A stretch of 63,747 bases of DNA, the filler included, from Bipalium vagum (Eukaryota), in assembly GCA_037834085.1 (NCBI GenBank). It is 3 parts of 3 records of this genome, joined end to end, with 100 filler letters (N's around TTAATTAATTAA, not from the genome) between each part and the next. Parts side by side here need not be neighbours in the genome. Positions count along the whole stretch, not along the records: positions 24,608 to 47,914 come from JBBMKC010210706.1; 2 more parts are not named here. One strand, 5' to 3'. The notes beneath the pieces were generated by a model, which did not search any database, had not been told where the DNA came from, and saw nothing but the letters and a program-made list of their open reading frames with translations. The position numbers were made by a program, and so were the translations under genes. Of this stretch, positions 24,978-38,901 are shown one piece after another (the first letter of the stretch is position 1; each line of letters opens with the position of its first letter).

Positions 24978-25176
24978 ATGCAACCAGAAAACATCCTTAC
25001 AACTGAAAATGAACAGGTAGCGGACACCGAAAAACCATTCCAAATTCTCTCAAATAATAAGGTTTCATTGACAGTTACGTTTTTTCTTAAACGTAATTTA
25101 CTTCTTTATAAAGGCAGTTAGAATCCAGTCAAGACAGCGTGGAAAAGGATTTTTCAAAAAACAGAAGATCCTTTGA
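24978..25176 (+). CDS. Candidate two-exon 48-aa microprotein with an IQ-like motif (24978-25061, 25114-25176)
   Basis: A phase-0, 52-nt GT-AG intron gives MQPENILTTENEQVADTEKPFQILSNNKAVRIQSRQRGKGFFKKQKIL*. Confidence 0.3.
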
Positions 25177-26593
25177 GACGTCTCGATAAATAATTAATAT
25201 AATAATTATTATTATATAAAATGAATCTTATAAAATGTAGTTTATCTAAAGCCAAACCATACAAAATCTGTTGATTAATGAAACATTTTTCGTTTTATTT
25301 ACCATTTCGCAGAATATATTTAAAAGAATTTATGGATGAAAACCTTCAACAAATTGGGATTTTTAAAAACAGTATAATTTTAGATTCCGAGTGAGAATGG
25401 TGCTAATTTTTAGAAATATAAAATATTAAGATTAAGTGCTAAAAAGGTGAATATTGAAAATTAATATGAAAATAATTTCAGAAAAGATCTTTATGTCAAA
25501 TAATTTTAAGTTAGATTTTTGATTGATCAGACATTCTGGAAATGAAAATATAAATAAATAATATCAAATCATAAAAATTAATTTTTGACCAATAAAATGT
25601 AATAAATATTTAAGGATTTCATAACTGTTAGATTATAATAACAGATTAATAAAAAATAAATATCCAACATACATTATATCAGGTTCAATGTTTGTTGAAT
25701 TAGCAAATCCCTTATCTCTTATGAAATCGGTAGGGAAAAAGTTATATTGCAAAAATTGTTTATTTAAATAAATTTAAAGTATAAAACATAAAATTATTAA
25801 AATAAAATAAATCACAAAAATTAAATCAATTTTGTTTGATCGAAGTAATAATAAATTTTTTAACAAAAAGAACCAAATGTATGAGAGGAAGAGTAAGGGT
25901 AATAATTATTTATTTTTAATCCTCAAACATTTTGATTATGATATGAAAATTTTATTGGAAAATTTTTTAATTAATATTGAATTATAAAATAAGATTAATT
26001 AAGACTGATTGTTTTTAAAAAAAAAAGCACACAAATATAAATTCCGAAGATATAAAATTTTACACATTACTTGTATTATATTGTTAAATATTAATAATTT
26101 AATTAATTAATAATATATTTCAGTTTTTTTATGTGATCAGTATCTTTCACTATTAATTTTTCTTCTAAATATTTTGGATATTACAACATTAATATATATT
26201 ATTAATATTATATAATAATAAATTCTAAAATATTTACGCAAATAAAGTTTAAAAAACTTATAAAAGTTCTGTCAATATTTTGTTGCTTTTCTGTGATGAT
26301 ATTAATAGAATGTTATGATAACATTTAAAATAAAATAGGTCATAAATTTACCATTTTTTGAGGTAAATATTTATATAAATGTAGCATCAAATTATGTGCC
26401 TAAAAAGAGATTATGTGAAAAATATTGAGGAAAAATTAACGATGGATTTTTAATGATAATTGGGTTATCAAACATCATTTTGTTTATTTTATATATTTTT
26501 AAATGCTAAGTAGTACAGAAATAATTTTGTTTTGTTTGCTTTATTACTATATTTTTATTTTCAAATTTTTTGTCTTCTTGAAAATCTTTTTTA

Positions 26594-27822
26594 TTAGGTT
26601 GGCCAAATGTCTTTTTATCAAAAACAAAATTTATTTCAGTAACGATAATTAAACAGTTTCAAATCAAAAGATATTCGCCATCTTTGAGACAAAGAATGAA
26701 TGCCATTCTTATAAAATTCTTATGGCGGTGATTCAAAGAACTTGACAACCATATTTTGATCTTCTTGTTGTTCTTGAATGTTTTATTGTCAAAAAATAGC
26801 TGCATCGACCTGGATAAGTGGTAATCCGATAAAGCTAGGTCTGGACTATATGGTGCCTGACACAAAACTGTCCAGTCAAATTCCTTGAATTTTTGTTGGT
26901 TGATCTCTGCAATTTGCGGGCAAACGTTATTATGGAGAAATGTTATTTTGGATGTATTTATAACGAAGGCGCAAAGCTTAGTCCATACGAATGTGTTGTT
27001 CTGCGTATAGTTCTGTATAAACCGCCTGAACCCTATCCAGTAACTAAAAATATACCAACTCTTTACTGTTCCACTATACACAAAGCATGAATTTAAATTC
27101 ATGAATATTTGGCTTTGAAGTCGATTGTAGATGTTCATCAACATCTATCCACTGTCTTTTGCTTGTCTTATTATAGTATGATATCTGTTGACGTCACAGT
27201 GAAATCAAGAAATCCGCTGTTCTTATGTTGACGAAAAACTTCAGTAGTACTCGCGACGTCTTTTTGTGATGCTAAGCTCGTGCGGAGCCCGTTTTCTGCT
27301 TTCTTTTAATTTTCCAATTGCGTGCAGATGGTTTTCAATAGTACTATGAGTGCAACCAAACTTTTATGCAAGCTCGCTAGTAGCTTGGCAGGGATCCAAC
27401 TTGGTTTCTTTCAATGCTTCATTTTCCATAACATGAGGACAACGTTGATGTTTATCGTTTACAAGATTTTCATCACCATATCAGAAACGTCGAAACCACC
27501 CCTGACATTGGCGTAATACTGGAACATAATTTTGGAATATATGACAAAAATTGTGATGTGATTCAGCGTTTTTCTCTCGTTTTAATTCGTCTAACAAACA
27601 AATTCGCAATCTATTTTTGTTCTATCATTTTCTAAATATTAATAAATATTATTATTACTAAATATTATTTATTAATTCAAAAATAAATAAATTTTAGCTA
27701 AATAATATATCAAATGACTAGATTAAAACAACTTTATCCTATAAATAAATTTACATAAAAAAATATTTTATAATAGCAAAATTTAAAACGATAATACTTG
27801 GCTACTTTTATATTCAGGCAAC
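26594..27822 (-). mobile_element. Decayed full-length mariner element
   Basis: TIR ttaggttggcc. Motifs FLHNNVCPQ and APYSPDLALSDYHLSRSMQ. Confidence 0.9.
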
Positions 27823-28422
27823 CTTGATATTCTGAAAACGTTTTTTTCATCTCATCCCTGTCTGCTATTAAAAATTATTGTCAATAGAAAAATAATATTT
27901 GCTTCTTGTGATAATATTCTCATTTTTAAAAATTATATTAAAATTTCATTCTTTAATTTAATTTTGAAATAAAGAATTGTTCTAATATTTAATAATAAAA
28001 TAGATACATATAAATTAATGAATCTCATAAACCCATTTAAATATATTAGTAGAAATTTTAGACTTTTTATAGATACTTTATATTGATTTTATTATAATTT
28101 TTAATAAATATAACTGAGCTTAACTATGAAACAACGACTGAAAGCAATTCAGATTTTTTGTGGAAATTTATGTTAACATATTATGGTTTCAGAAAATTTT
28201 TAACTTTTTATAATGTTTGATAACCTTGAATAACTATTGTATTTATGTTATTTTTTGAGTGCCTTCGTAACTTATTATTAAGAATCTAGGATGAAATTTT
28301 ATAATATTATAATACAATTTTTGTTTTCATTAAAATACGGATGTATTAAAAAATTTTACATGTTTATCAAATAATTTTTGAGAACCTAATTAATTTTTAA
28401 ATATTTAAAAAAATTTTTAATA

Positions 28423-29148
28423 TTAGGAAGGTGAATTAATTCTGTCCGTTTTTTAAAATAAAAAATATTCTATTGTGAAAACACAAATATGTGTACACTA
28501 ATCAAAATATTTTCTATCGTTTGCTATTATTGTTCCAACCTGAATAACGAAAAGACGACTTATATCAAAGTGATCAATTCATTGAGTCATTATTTTTATT
28601 TCTTCATGTGTTGAGGTGCTGCTCCAAAAGTAAGTAAATTATTGATCAAAAGAAATAAAATATTCCAAACAAGATCTTTCTAAGTGACCTTCACAATCTT
28701 TGCAACTTGTGGCCTGATTTATAAATATTTCTTATGGCTGCAAACGCACAGAAATTATTCTATCAATACTTAATCTTTATTGATTACCACCTTTAATTCA
28801 TTGTTCTCGAAATTTTTCGAGATGAAATTTGTCTGTGCTTTGAATTCTTGAAACATCTAAACAATTCTTTGTAGGCTTTATCGCTCGAAGCAATTTCTTC
28901 ATAAGCATTCGATAAGCCTCAGTCTTTCTCAAATGGAGGAAATTATCTGAGCGCCTCAGTAAATATTGTTTTTGTGATTCACATTTTGACCTTTTAATTG
29001 AATTTAAAAAGATGTTATTGTTACAATTTCAAACAAAAAGTATTATATTATATTTACTAAAGAAGAAATAAAAATAAATCTGGAATTTTAATGCTAAACA
29101 TAATCAATAATTTACATAAAAATGGAGTGAATTAATTCACACACCTAA
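28423..29148 (-). mobile_element. Internally deleted mariner element
   Basis: TA-flanked TIRs ttaggaaggtgaattaattc / gaattaattcacacacctaa. Confidence 0.75.
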
Positions 29149-29545
29149 TATTATATAGAATAAAAACAAGATTTTAGTATTTTCTCATTTCTCAGAATCC
29201 AACAGCAAAATGAATTGTAAATGTAAATAATATTAAATTATGTTCGACATTTTGTTTATTAATGTCAAATGGCGTCCCACTCATTAGGACGTGTTGAAAA
29301 GTTCAGTTTGACATTTTTCCCAATGATAAAGAATATTAACAATTTTTTTCACAATATTTATTAATTATATTAATAAAATATTTGTCAATAAATGTTGTTT
29401 TCTTTATAGATCAAATCAAAAAATAAATAATATGAAATTATGTTTTACGTTATTTAAACAAAATTTATTTTTTAGAACTTTATAATTTTACTAGTCTTAA
29501 AAATTTTATTAATTTTTATATGAACTTAATATTTTTATTTTTCAG

Positions 29546-32500
29546 TTGTATCCCTGATGATAAAATAATCTCTAAATCGCATTTGAATGAAGCGTCAATT
29601 TCTCAATTAAAAAAGTTTGAAAGCAATATCCAAGAGGAAACACAGTACATTTTGTTTGTTATTTAACTTTTATGTTATTCTTGTAGTGAAACATTCAGAC
29701 ATACGGAAGATGAAGAGCAAGATCACGCTCCTTACTTCGACAAGGGTTTACAAGATATTACAATAGATGAAGGGAATCCAGCAAAATTCATTATTAAAAT
29801 AAATAGCCACCCAAGAGCAAGTATTGTTTGGTCAATTAATAACGAAGAAGTTAACCCGGTAATTACATAATTTGCTATTTTAATCATCTCAACATTATTA
29901 ATATCATTTAAAGTATACAAAAAAAATCTTATCCCCTTCAAATTATTAAAATTATTTTTCTCAAAGTCTAATTTCCTAATATATTTATTTACATTAGCTA
30001 ATTTAATATTAAACTATTAAATTTAATTAAAATCAAAGAAGTTAAAAAATTAAAATCAAAAAGATGATCAGAATGTTGTGAAATCAAAAATATATTTTTC
30101 AATTAAATAAATATTACTAATTAAGAAAAGCGATTAAAATGGTTCAAAAATTATGTAAACTGGATCTTAGATGAATGGATAAATCATATGATAAAACGAA
30201 TCACCACAGATGTCAAACTACAGTCTAGTTAACGAGTTATGAGACCTCTCAAAGAATGTTATTGTGAACCATCGATAGAGGAACAATGAAAGATGAAAGA
30301 AAAATCATGATTTGGGAATGTGTGTTCGGGCTGTTATTATTGAAGAGAAAGCGAATAAATGTATTTTGGGTAAATATTGGGTTGGTAATAAAACTCGTGT
30401 GTTTTTAAAAATTGGAATTTGTAAATCAAATTTTCATATACTAAACATTTGGTTGTTGTTTAAATAATATAAGAGTCTTATGCGATAATTAAAATATCAT
30501 TATGCAAGATAAAAAATGCATTTTCGTCATATTTTTTTGTTCTATTTTGAAAAAGGTAAGTAATATGTTATTTATAAATAATATATTAATTTTGAAAAGG
30601 TAAATAAGCCTCGGATGCAAATAGGAAAATATTTAAAGTATATGGAGATTATGATTTATCAATAAAAGTATGCCAAAAATGTTTCGCTAAATTCAGTTTT
30701 AGTGAATTTGACATGAAAGATGCATTCCACTCCGGACTCCCATCTCAAATTGATCCTACTGAGTCTATTATCGAAAGGAATCCATCGAATACTTTTCGGG
30801 AAATAGCAACTAATAACATTACCTACACCGGTATAAAATACCCCGCGTTATCTGGGATTCGTTTCGACACTCAATGTCTGGGTAGCAATGAATTAACAGA
30901 GGTCAATTTATTTGCACGTATATCATTATGTGGATCATTGCTGAAATAGCAAGAAAACCATCCATTCTTGAAATAATTGACTATGAGTGATGAAAAGCGG
31001 GTTTTCTATGACAATATGTTCCGCAAAAAGTCGTGAGGTCTTTTTGATGAGCCACCAAAATCGTCATGAAAAGCAGGAATGCACCTCAAGAAGATCATGC
31101 TTTCTGTTTGGTGGGTTTTGAAGGTATAATTTATTAAGAGCTGTTATCATCTTGCCAAACAATTAATTCGAATATGTAATAATAATGGTGAACATATAAT
31201 TGATTAAAATTGTTTTTGTCAATAAAATATTTTGATTTTTCTTTTCCTTAAAAAGAGCACTAACTTTCTTGCCAATCCAATATTAATTAGACAAATGATA
31301 TCACCATTTTTTTATATCCAGTTGGTGTTTAAGTTTTCCATCACGTTAATGATTTCAAATATAAAATGTATTTCTAAATATTAATTGAGAAAAAATATTT
31401 CAATCTGTGACTGCTCTTTTCAAAGATTAAATCTAGATTGAAAAGGAAACCTGTACATTCCTGTTAAGAGACAGGAATCCAGAAAGTCAGGACCAACTTT
31501 TTCAAGACTAAAAAATAAATTGAAAAACATATTTTACACCTTGGTGACCCAAATTATCAATGAAGAATACCAGCGAAAAAATAGGATTGTTTTGAATTAA
31601 ATTTAAATATAAATGCTAAATGTTGAAGGTAATCTTTGTATATTGTTTACTGAATAACAAAATGTTTTCACAATCAACAATTGTAGGATTTATTATCACT
31701 GATAATATCTGTTGAAGATATATGATAACAGCCAGTCAATTTGTGATTAGATGAAGATATGGAAATGTTTGGACTGTTGTCATAGCCATCACACATTCAA
31801 TATTCTTCATGTGAAATCACATAGCGTGAGAGTTTTAGACATTTCTGATTATCTCCTGCTATGATATTAACAGAAAAGTCAAAAACTTATCAAGATTCCC
31901 AAGCTAGCTGTTAGTTATAGGATAACCAAGAGTCATTATGTACATTTTTTAATTATTCGAATGGCTATGTATAATTGAAACTGCACAATATATGATTAAA
32001 GGAAAATATTCTAGAGTATTTTACAGTATATTTCTAATTTTATCAATCATAAAAAATAAAAAGCTTTTATGTTAATTCTGTTTCATGGTATAAAATATGA
32101 CTTCCGTGTCTCTCTTTAAATCAATGCTTCCATTGAAATATTTAGGCTGCACCAAAGTAAACAAAAACAATAAAGTTCAAGTTACCAAGTCATAGTCAAC
32201 ATTTTCTGAAGCTCGACAGCAAAATTTTCATGATAACATTCCGATAATGACATGTTTTTTCCTTATAAAGTTTGAAAAAATAAATAAATATTGATAAATT
32301 GACAAATGGAAAATATTAATACATGCCCCATGTAAATGTAAAATATGTTTTAGTAATTATCTTTAAAATCGTGGCTTAGTTCAATTAGTGTTTGAAATTG
32401 TTAAATAAATCAAGGTTTTCCATACTTTTTAATGAAAATAATTAAGATAAAAATTAACATTTTTTACTACTGATAATATAATATTGTCATCATTACATCC

Positions 32501-35500
32501 AAATATGTTTCGTCGACATTTTCATTTTTTGCATCTACTTTATGAATTTAGAAATATTGTTCCATGGAATGACCGAATATAATAAAATTTACATTAAATA
32601 TCACAAATGTCTGTCGAGATTCAAAAGTTTTCTCATTCCAGTTTCACAGAAATCTTTGTTAGTGAATGTATCTTATCTTATCTATTCACTGAAAACGTAA
32701 ATCAAACATAATTGCAAATATTTAGGTGGCCAAACAATTCTGTCAAATACTTTTTGTAATTATAATTTTTTCCAGTTTTCTATTGTATACGTCTGTAAAT
32801 TAAGTAATGAGATTGATTTTTTCCCTATCAAACTGACAACACTGTAACTTTGAGAAGTAGTTATATGTTTATCCAAACAGCTAATCAACAATGAGTATTA
32901 ATTTCATCAATCTATTATTGTCGTGTGACTATTAGTCATCAGTCTATTTCTGTCATGTTTGAGTTTCAAAAAATGAGTGAGAACAATTACTAAAAAAGTC
33001 AAGCAAACAAATTTTGTGTTAAACTTGTTTTTTATTTATCTTTATAATCAGTAATTTTAATTTTAAAAAAAGATATTGAACAAGATTTGCTGATAAAAAA
33101 TCTATCGTATTACATATTATCCTAGTGTTTCGTTTAATTTTAAAGAAAGATTTAAAATATGGATGGTATAGAATATTAAACTTAAATATTATTAAAGTGT
33201 TGATAAAATAAATAAAACTTAAGGTAAACTTCACCAAATCAATCTATTTCATGTTATATAGACTGTCTACTTTTATACATAACATGCGGTCTGATTTCCC
33301 AATAATTTATCAAACTGGGATTTCATATTTGAATCTGATTAAAAAAAAAGAAATTTTATTTATAAATTACTTTTATACCCAAGACAGATTCTAGAAATAC
33401 ATTCCATCATATTCCTAATTGGTAAGAGGCTTGAAATTTTATTATATAAAACAGAATCTGATGCTTTTGGCCACTTATTACTTATCTATTTCTCTTCCTT
33501 TTCAACTGATGATGATTTAGTGTTAAAGGGAAAAAATGTCCCAAAGCAATTTACATAATTGCAACGAATCTCCTTATATGAACGGCAGTTAATGTCATTT
33601 TGGCAATTTCATAAATATATAATTTCCAAAATGTCAAACCCTTATCAGTAGTAGATTGTGAAATCAGTTGTATCTATTATCAATTTATTGATAATAAATT
33701 TTTCTGGAAGAAATTTTATAAAGAAAATATAGATATTACAGATATGATCAATATCAGTGTGATATTTATGCCAAATATAATTATTTATGATATTTAGATT
33801 CATTAATGACACTGATATAATTAATATAAAATTGTATTAAATAAAACATGTTGCATTGTGTAATTCATGACGAATAAAAACTTCCCATAATAATAAAATA
33901 TAGATTTAAAACTAATAAGAATATAATAATATAATAAGAATATAAATACAAAATAAATAAAATATAAATATAAAATTAAAAAATATAAATATAAAATTAA
34001 TAAAATATAAATATAAAATTGATAAAATATGGGCATTGAAAATACTATTTTCATTATATATATTGAAAGAATATGTACAGAAAAGATTTGACAATTAAAT
34101 ACTGATAAAAAAAATTTATCAAATTCTATAAAAGGACAGCAAATGTCACCTTAAGTCTTTCTAACAAACGATTTACAGAAGAAACTTTTATCAGATATAA
34201 AATATCAAAGACACCATAAATCAAAATATCGACATTATATAAAATTAATAAAAATATTTTCCTTTTTAAAATCTGATAGAATTAATTTAAAAATAAAAAA
34301 TCGTTAACCTTAAATATATATGTTATTCGCTTTATAAATTAATGAGGTAATTTTTTATATTTGGTCATTGGATTTTTGCTTAATTATAACACTTTTTAAA
34401 CTTCACCTGAATTTAATTAGATCTCTTGAGGAAAAGTATTTTATTAAGAAATTGAACGTTTTTTCTAACATTCTCTATTAAAAATATAATATGAAGTATT
34501 AAATTTAATTTGTAATGACATTACAAATGTTTATTACTTTTTCGCAATGGATATTTTACGAATTTTATTATTTTGATTTATTTATTCGTTTTTATCTTGT
34601 TATAATTTAAGATTACCATTTTTTCATTAGAGAAATCTTTATTCAAATTTTATGTTTATTGTTAGTTTCGAATTTTTAATTGTATATTTAATTTTATATT
34701 CATTGATTAATATTTTTACCCCATTAAAAATCCATTATTGTTTAAAATAAATGAAACCATGAAAAAACAAGACATAAAAAGCCAATTTTATCACACAAAA
34801 ATTATATTTAATACTTTTTTTGCGAACTGTAATTAATATTGGTAATATTATTAATAATTTTACGCCTTTTAGTGTATTATTATTATAATAATATCATTTT
34901 ATAATTAAATTAATTGATAAGAATATTTATAGGATTCTGTAAATAAATTTTACATTGACGGTACCATAAATTATCTGGAATTAAGTCGTTATACTGAAGT
35001 GGGTAAGCATCAGATTAGAGTTGTTGCAACAAACCCCTTTGGACAACAATCATCTGATTGCTTTTTGACCGTTAATGCAGTCAATAATTATGCCCAAGAC
35101 CTAAAGCATATTGCTCCGGGTAAATAAGAAATGTCTAAGATTCATTTTATAAAAAATTTAATTTCAGAGAATCCATACAAAAAGATGGCTGCATTGAAAA
35201 AAGTTGATTGCACACCAGAATTGACAACCGCGCTTACGAAGCCGAAAGCATCTGCAGAAAAAATCGTTAAAATTGAAAGAAGTCTGATAAAATATTTATT
35301 TGTTATTCTTTTGATTGATAATTATTAATACCAATTGGCTTACTATCAATAAGACGACATTTTTCGATTAAATTTCTTACGTAATAAACAACTAATAATT
35401 AAACAAATTTTCGCAGACCTCGAAAAAATTTTTTTTAATTTTAAAAATAAGTTAATTTTTTAAATTTTTCACTTACATATACTTTAGAAATATTTTACAA

Positions 35501-36930
35501 TATTAACTAATACATATACTTAATGTGGATAAAAAGTCCTTAGACTTGTTTAAAAATATATTAAGAATTTCATGAAATTTTAAAAATTAATTAATATATA
35601 TAGGTAAATATTATTATATTTGTTTTAAGTTGTAAGCTTTTGTTGACGACCTACAGAAATTGAGAAACAAAAATTAGAAAAATTGAAGATAACCATCAAA
35701 GAAGAGAGGTAAATTACCCAGTTCAGCTAAACATAATTTAAGCAAGAACTCTGTGCAGAACATGTTAGAAAGTATTGGAGTCAGAAAATTATCTAACAGA
35801 TTTGTCCCACGATTTTGACAGCGGAGAAGCAACAAAAGTGAATGAAAGCATGTCAAGAAAATCTGGACCTATTTCATTATCTTGGACGAGTTTGTTGAAG
35901 AATTTTGTAACAGAGGACGAGAATCCATCTTTAGATTCCATACAGTAGGCATGGGTCTAGTGAATGGGTATTTCCTGAGGAAAATATACCAAACATGCTT
36001 CGTTTAAGGACATCTCACCGGAAATGTCTGATTCTCAGTGTATTCTGGGATGCAAAAGGTGTAATCAAAATTGACTTTGTCCAAAGGACACATCGACTCT
36101 CACTACTACTGTGCACTGCTTAGTGATCTGAGAAAGTTGTGACCGAAACTAGGGAATCAACATCTATTTCTCTTCATGGATAATACTCCAGTTCATACAG
36201 CTAACCAAGCTGAGGGTATTATACGTATTATAATCAAGATTTTTTCAATGAAAAGCCTTCGAAAAGTCTCTTTTCTGTGATAAATCGATGGACGAAATGC
36301 CTGGAAAAGACGAAAACTTTTGTACTTAAAACAAATAAAGTTTCTAATAATGCTTAAAAATATACATTCTTTTCATTAAAAATATTACTTACCTTTAATA
36401 TCAATTTTTGTCCTCAAATAGCTGACGCACCCTGTAAATGGTATTGTAAGTTTGACTGCAAGCTAATATATAATAATTAAAAAGATTTCGTTTCAAACTT
36501 AAAATGAAGCAGATAAATGATTATAAAATGATATTAAATTTTTTAAAAATTCTTTATAATTTATTTTCCGTCTTGTTAAAAATATTTCAGTTATAGGAAT
36601 CCAGGTAACGGTATTGAATTTATTTAAGTTTCTTTTTTAATGAAAGTATTTTAAAACGAAACTGAAATTTTTGACAGATGTGGAAGTAAAAGCTCGTCAT
36701 TCAAAGACTGCCGATATTAAAGAGGCAGAAAAACTGTATGACCAAGTGGCTACAAATCTGAAAAGCAAAGGGAATATTTCAACCGGAAGAAGAACAGTAA
36801 TGATATATTTAAGTCATCATTTTTTAATAACAAATAGGCCGGAGTTTCGAAAAACCCAGCGAATTCTGAAAAGTCAGAATGGGGAGTCGATCAATCCGAA
36901 CATAGTTTCTCTATTGAGCTCGATGATTGA
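29546..36930 (+). CDS. 3' portion of a kettin/titin-like I-set Ig protein (29546-29644, 29687-29858, 34933-35119, 35168-35281, 36678-36796, 36838-36930); 5' exons not found
   Basis: In-phase splicing gives a kettin-style linker (DKIISKSHLNEASISQLKKFE) and an I-set Ig domain (APYFDKGLQDITIDEGNPAKF...IVWSINNEEV...YLEL...IRVVATNPFGQQSSDCFLTV), then a C-terminal tail to TGA. Confidence 0.75.
30377..31280 (+). mobile_element. Decayed mariner element in an intron of the Ig gene
   Basis: TA-flanked TIRs ttgggttggtaataa / cttgccaatccaa. Motifs MSDEKRVFYDN and MHLKKIMLSVWW. Confidence 0.85.
35515..36435 (+). mobile_element. Decayed mariner-like remnant
   Basis: RFVPRF*, FVTEDE, LSVFWDAKGVIKIDF and MDNTPVHTA. 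Confidence 0.75.
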
Positions 36931-37912
36931 AGTGGCTTAATCCTTTCATTTGATTTATTTTATGGATGCTCCTTTCAAACATTTTTTAATTTCTTTAGTC
37001 AATTTTATTTACAATGTAGGAAAATTTATTGAAAATAAACTTTTAATCCCTGCTTGATTTAATAAATTTCCTTCGTTTCTGTTGTTCGTTGAACTTCATG
37101 GATATTGATTATTATTTATTTTAGGAAATTTTCACCTTAGGTTCTGATAGATAAATATCGAATATCAGATCGTTTGTCCTTCCATTAATTTATTAATGGA
37201 ACTAAAATGTATGTAGTATTTCTAGATAAAAATGTATTTAAAATCTTTAGTTCGTCCATAAATGAATCAAGATTTAATGCCACTGGTGTGGGGATCATAC
37301 AAAAAACCGAAGACGATCTAAGTCTATTAATATATTTTTATTTTAGTTAGTGTGATTTAAATTTAATTTAATTTTTCCCCTAAATCCTTAATAACGGAAG
37401 TCATAAAAAGAAGATCTTTTGCTGCTTCGAATCACTTCATTATCAACAAAATGAATATCATTTCCGTTTTTTAAAAATATTTTTTCATTTATTAATACTA
37501 AGGAATAAATTATTCAAAAGTTCCTTATTCTACTCCCAACCAAACTCTACAAAATAAAGTGCGTTAAAACAATAGAGTACAGAAGCCAAGAGTTCGTAAC
37601 ACAAATATTTCATTTCAATAAATGTTAATAAATTCAATGTTAATAAATCCTTGACAATCAAGACTTGGCATTCATTTTATTATTAATTGGTTATATTTAA
37701 CTTTATTATATGAAAGCATCAAAACAACGAAAAAATATTATTTTTAGTTCAAAGTCAATTAGAATTATAAGGGCCTAAAGCTGAGGTGTCTGAAATACAT
37801 ATTTTATTATTCATATAAAACTCATTAATATGATAAAAATAATATAATATTTAAAAATAATAAATATTAGAATAAGAGTATATTATGAAGTGTAAATCGA
37901 ATTTTATTGTTT

Positions 37913-38901
37913 TCAGTTTGCTACATAAATAGTTTGATATCTTTCTAACATTTCTATATCCTTTTCCAATTCTTTCATTTCATGTTCCATCCACTCCTTT
38001 CTATTCTTTTTTGGTAAAGTATCTACAATCACCGAAAGGGATTGGTATTGTCGGTAAATTGTATCCCAATTTGTTTTAAGTCCATGAAGAATTTCCTAAA
38101 TGAAGAATATAATAATTAATTATATTAATAAAAATAATAATAATAAACATATTTATAAAATTAATATAATAATAAAATTACAAAAATTTTCATTTTTCAG
38201 TTTTTATATTAATTTATATATTATATTAATACTAATAAAATAACTTGAATTTCTTCTTCCTTCAGTTTACGCATTTCACCTTTTCTTTGCATTTCTTTTA
38301 CATAATCATCATACTCTTGTTGCATTTTTTGCAGCTCTTCTTTCCTGTATTCTAGATACTCCGGTGTCTTACCATAATCTTTTTTAGTAACATATACAAC
38401 ATCTAAGCCAGATGGCTCTAAGTTATATTTATCTCCTTTTCGTGTATCAACCACGTATTTTTGAGGCTTTCTACTGACCGCCATTATATTATCCGCAGAG
38501 TTTTGAGCTATAAAGTTCTTATTAGTTTTTATTCCCATTGGTGGTGGACTTTCATTGTGTTTTGGAACTGGTGGTTTACGTCTTTCATTGTGTAAATCGC
38601 ATAACACTTCTAATTAAAATAATGAAGAAATATATTATACAAAGCTTACTTTCGTTATTTAATTTCTTATCATTCTTTTTTAAAAAATCTTTTGGATCAT
38701 TTAGCTTACTTTCTGCCTCACCCATAGTTTTATGAGAATATTTAGTTTTCTTAAATTCATCTTTAACAGCAGGTGTAAATTGAGATGTATAGCTACAACG
38801 TACTGATAATAAGAAAAAAAATTTTAAATGATTTACGTCAACTTTTCCTTTTCAGGAAGAGGTGCTTGTGGAATTAATCTGAGTATATTTTCTTTCTCCA
38901 T
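37913..38901 (-). CDS. enkur: Enkurin (ciliary/flagellar axonemal protein), 4 exons
   Basis: ENILRLIP, YTSQF, KTMG, RKPPVPK, KNFIAQN, VDTRKGDKYNLEPSGL, KKDYGKTPEYL, ILHGLKTNW...YQSLSVIVDTLPKKNRKEWME...LEKDI...IYVAN*. Confidence 0.95.

Noticed and set aside
33821-34094. Hydrophobic ORFs 33821-34054 and 33912-34094 (likewise 11058-11246 and 54568-54771)
   Set aside because: They are translations of low-complexity AT-rich or triplet-repeat DNA.
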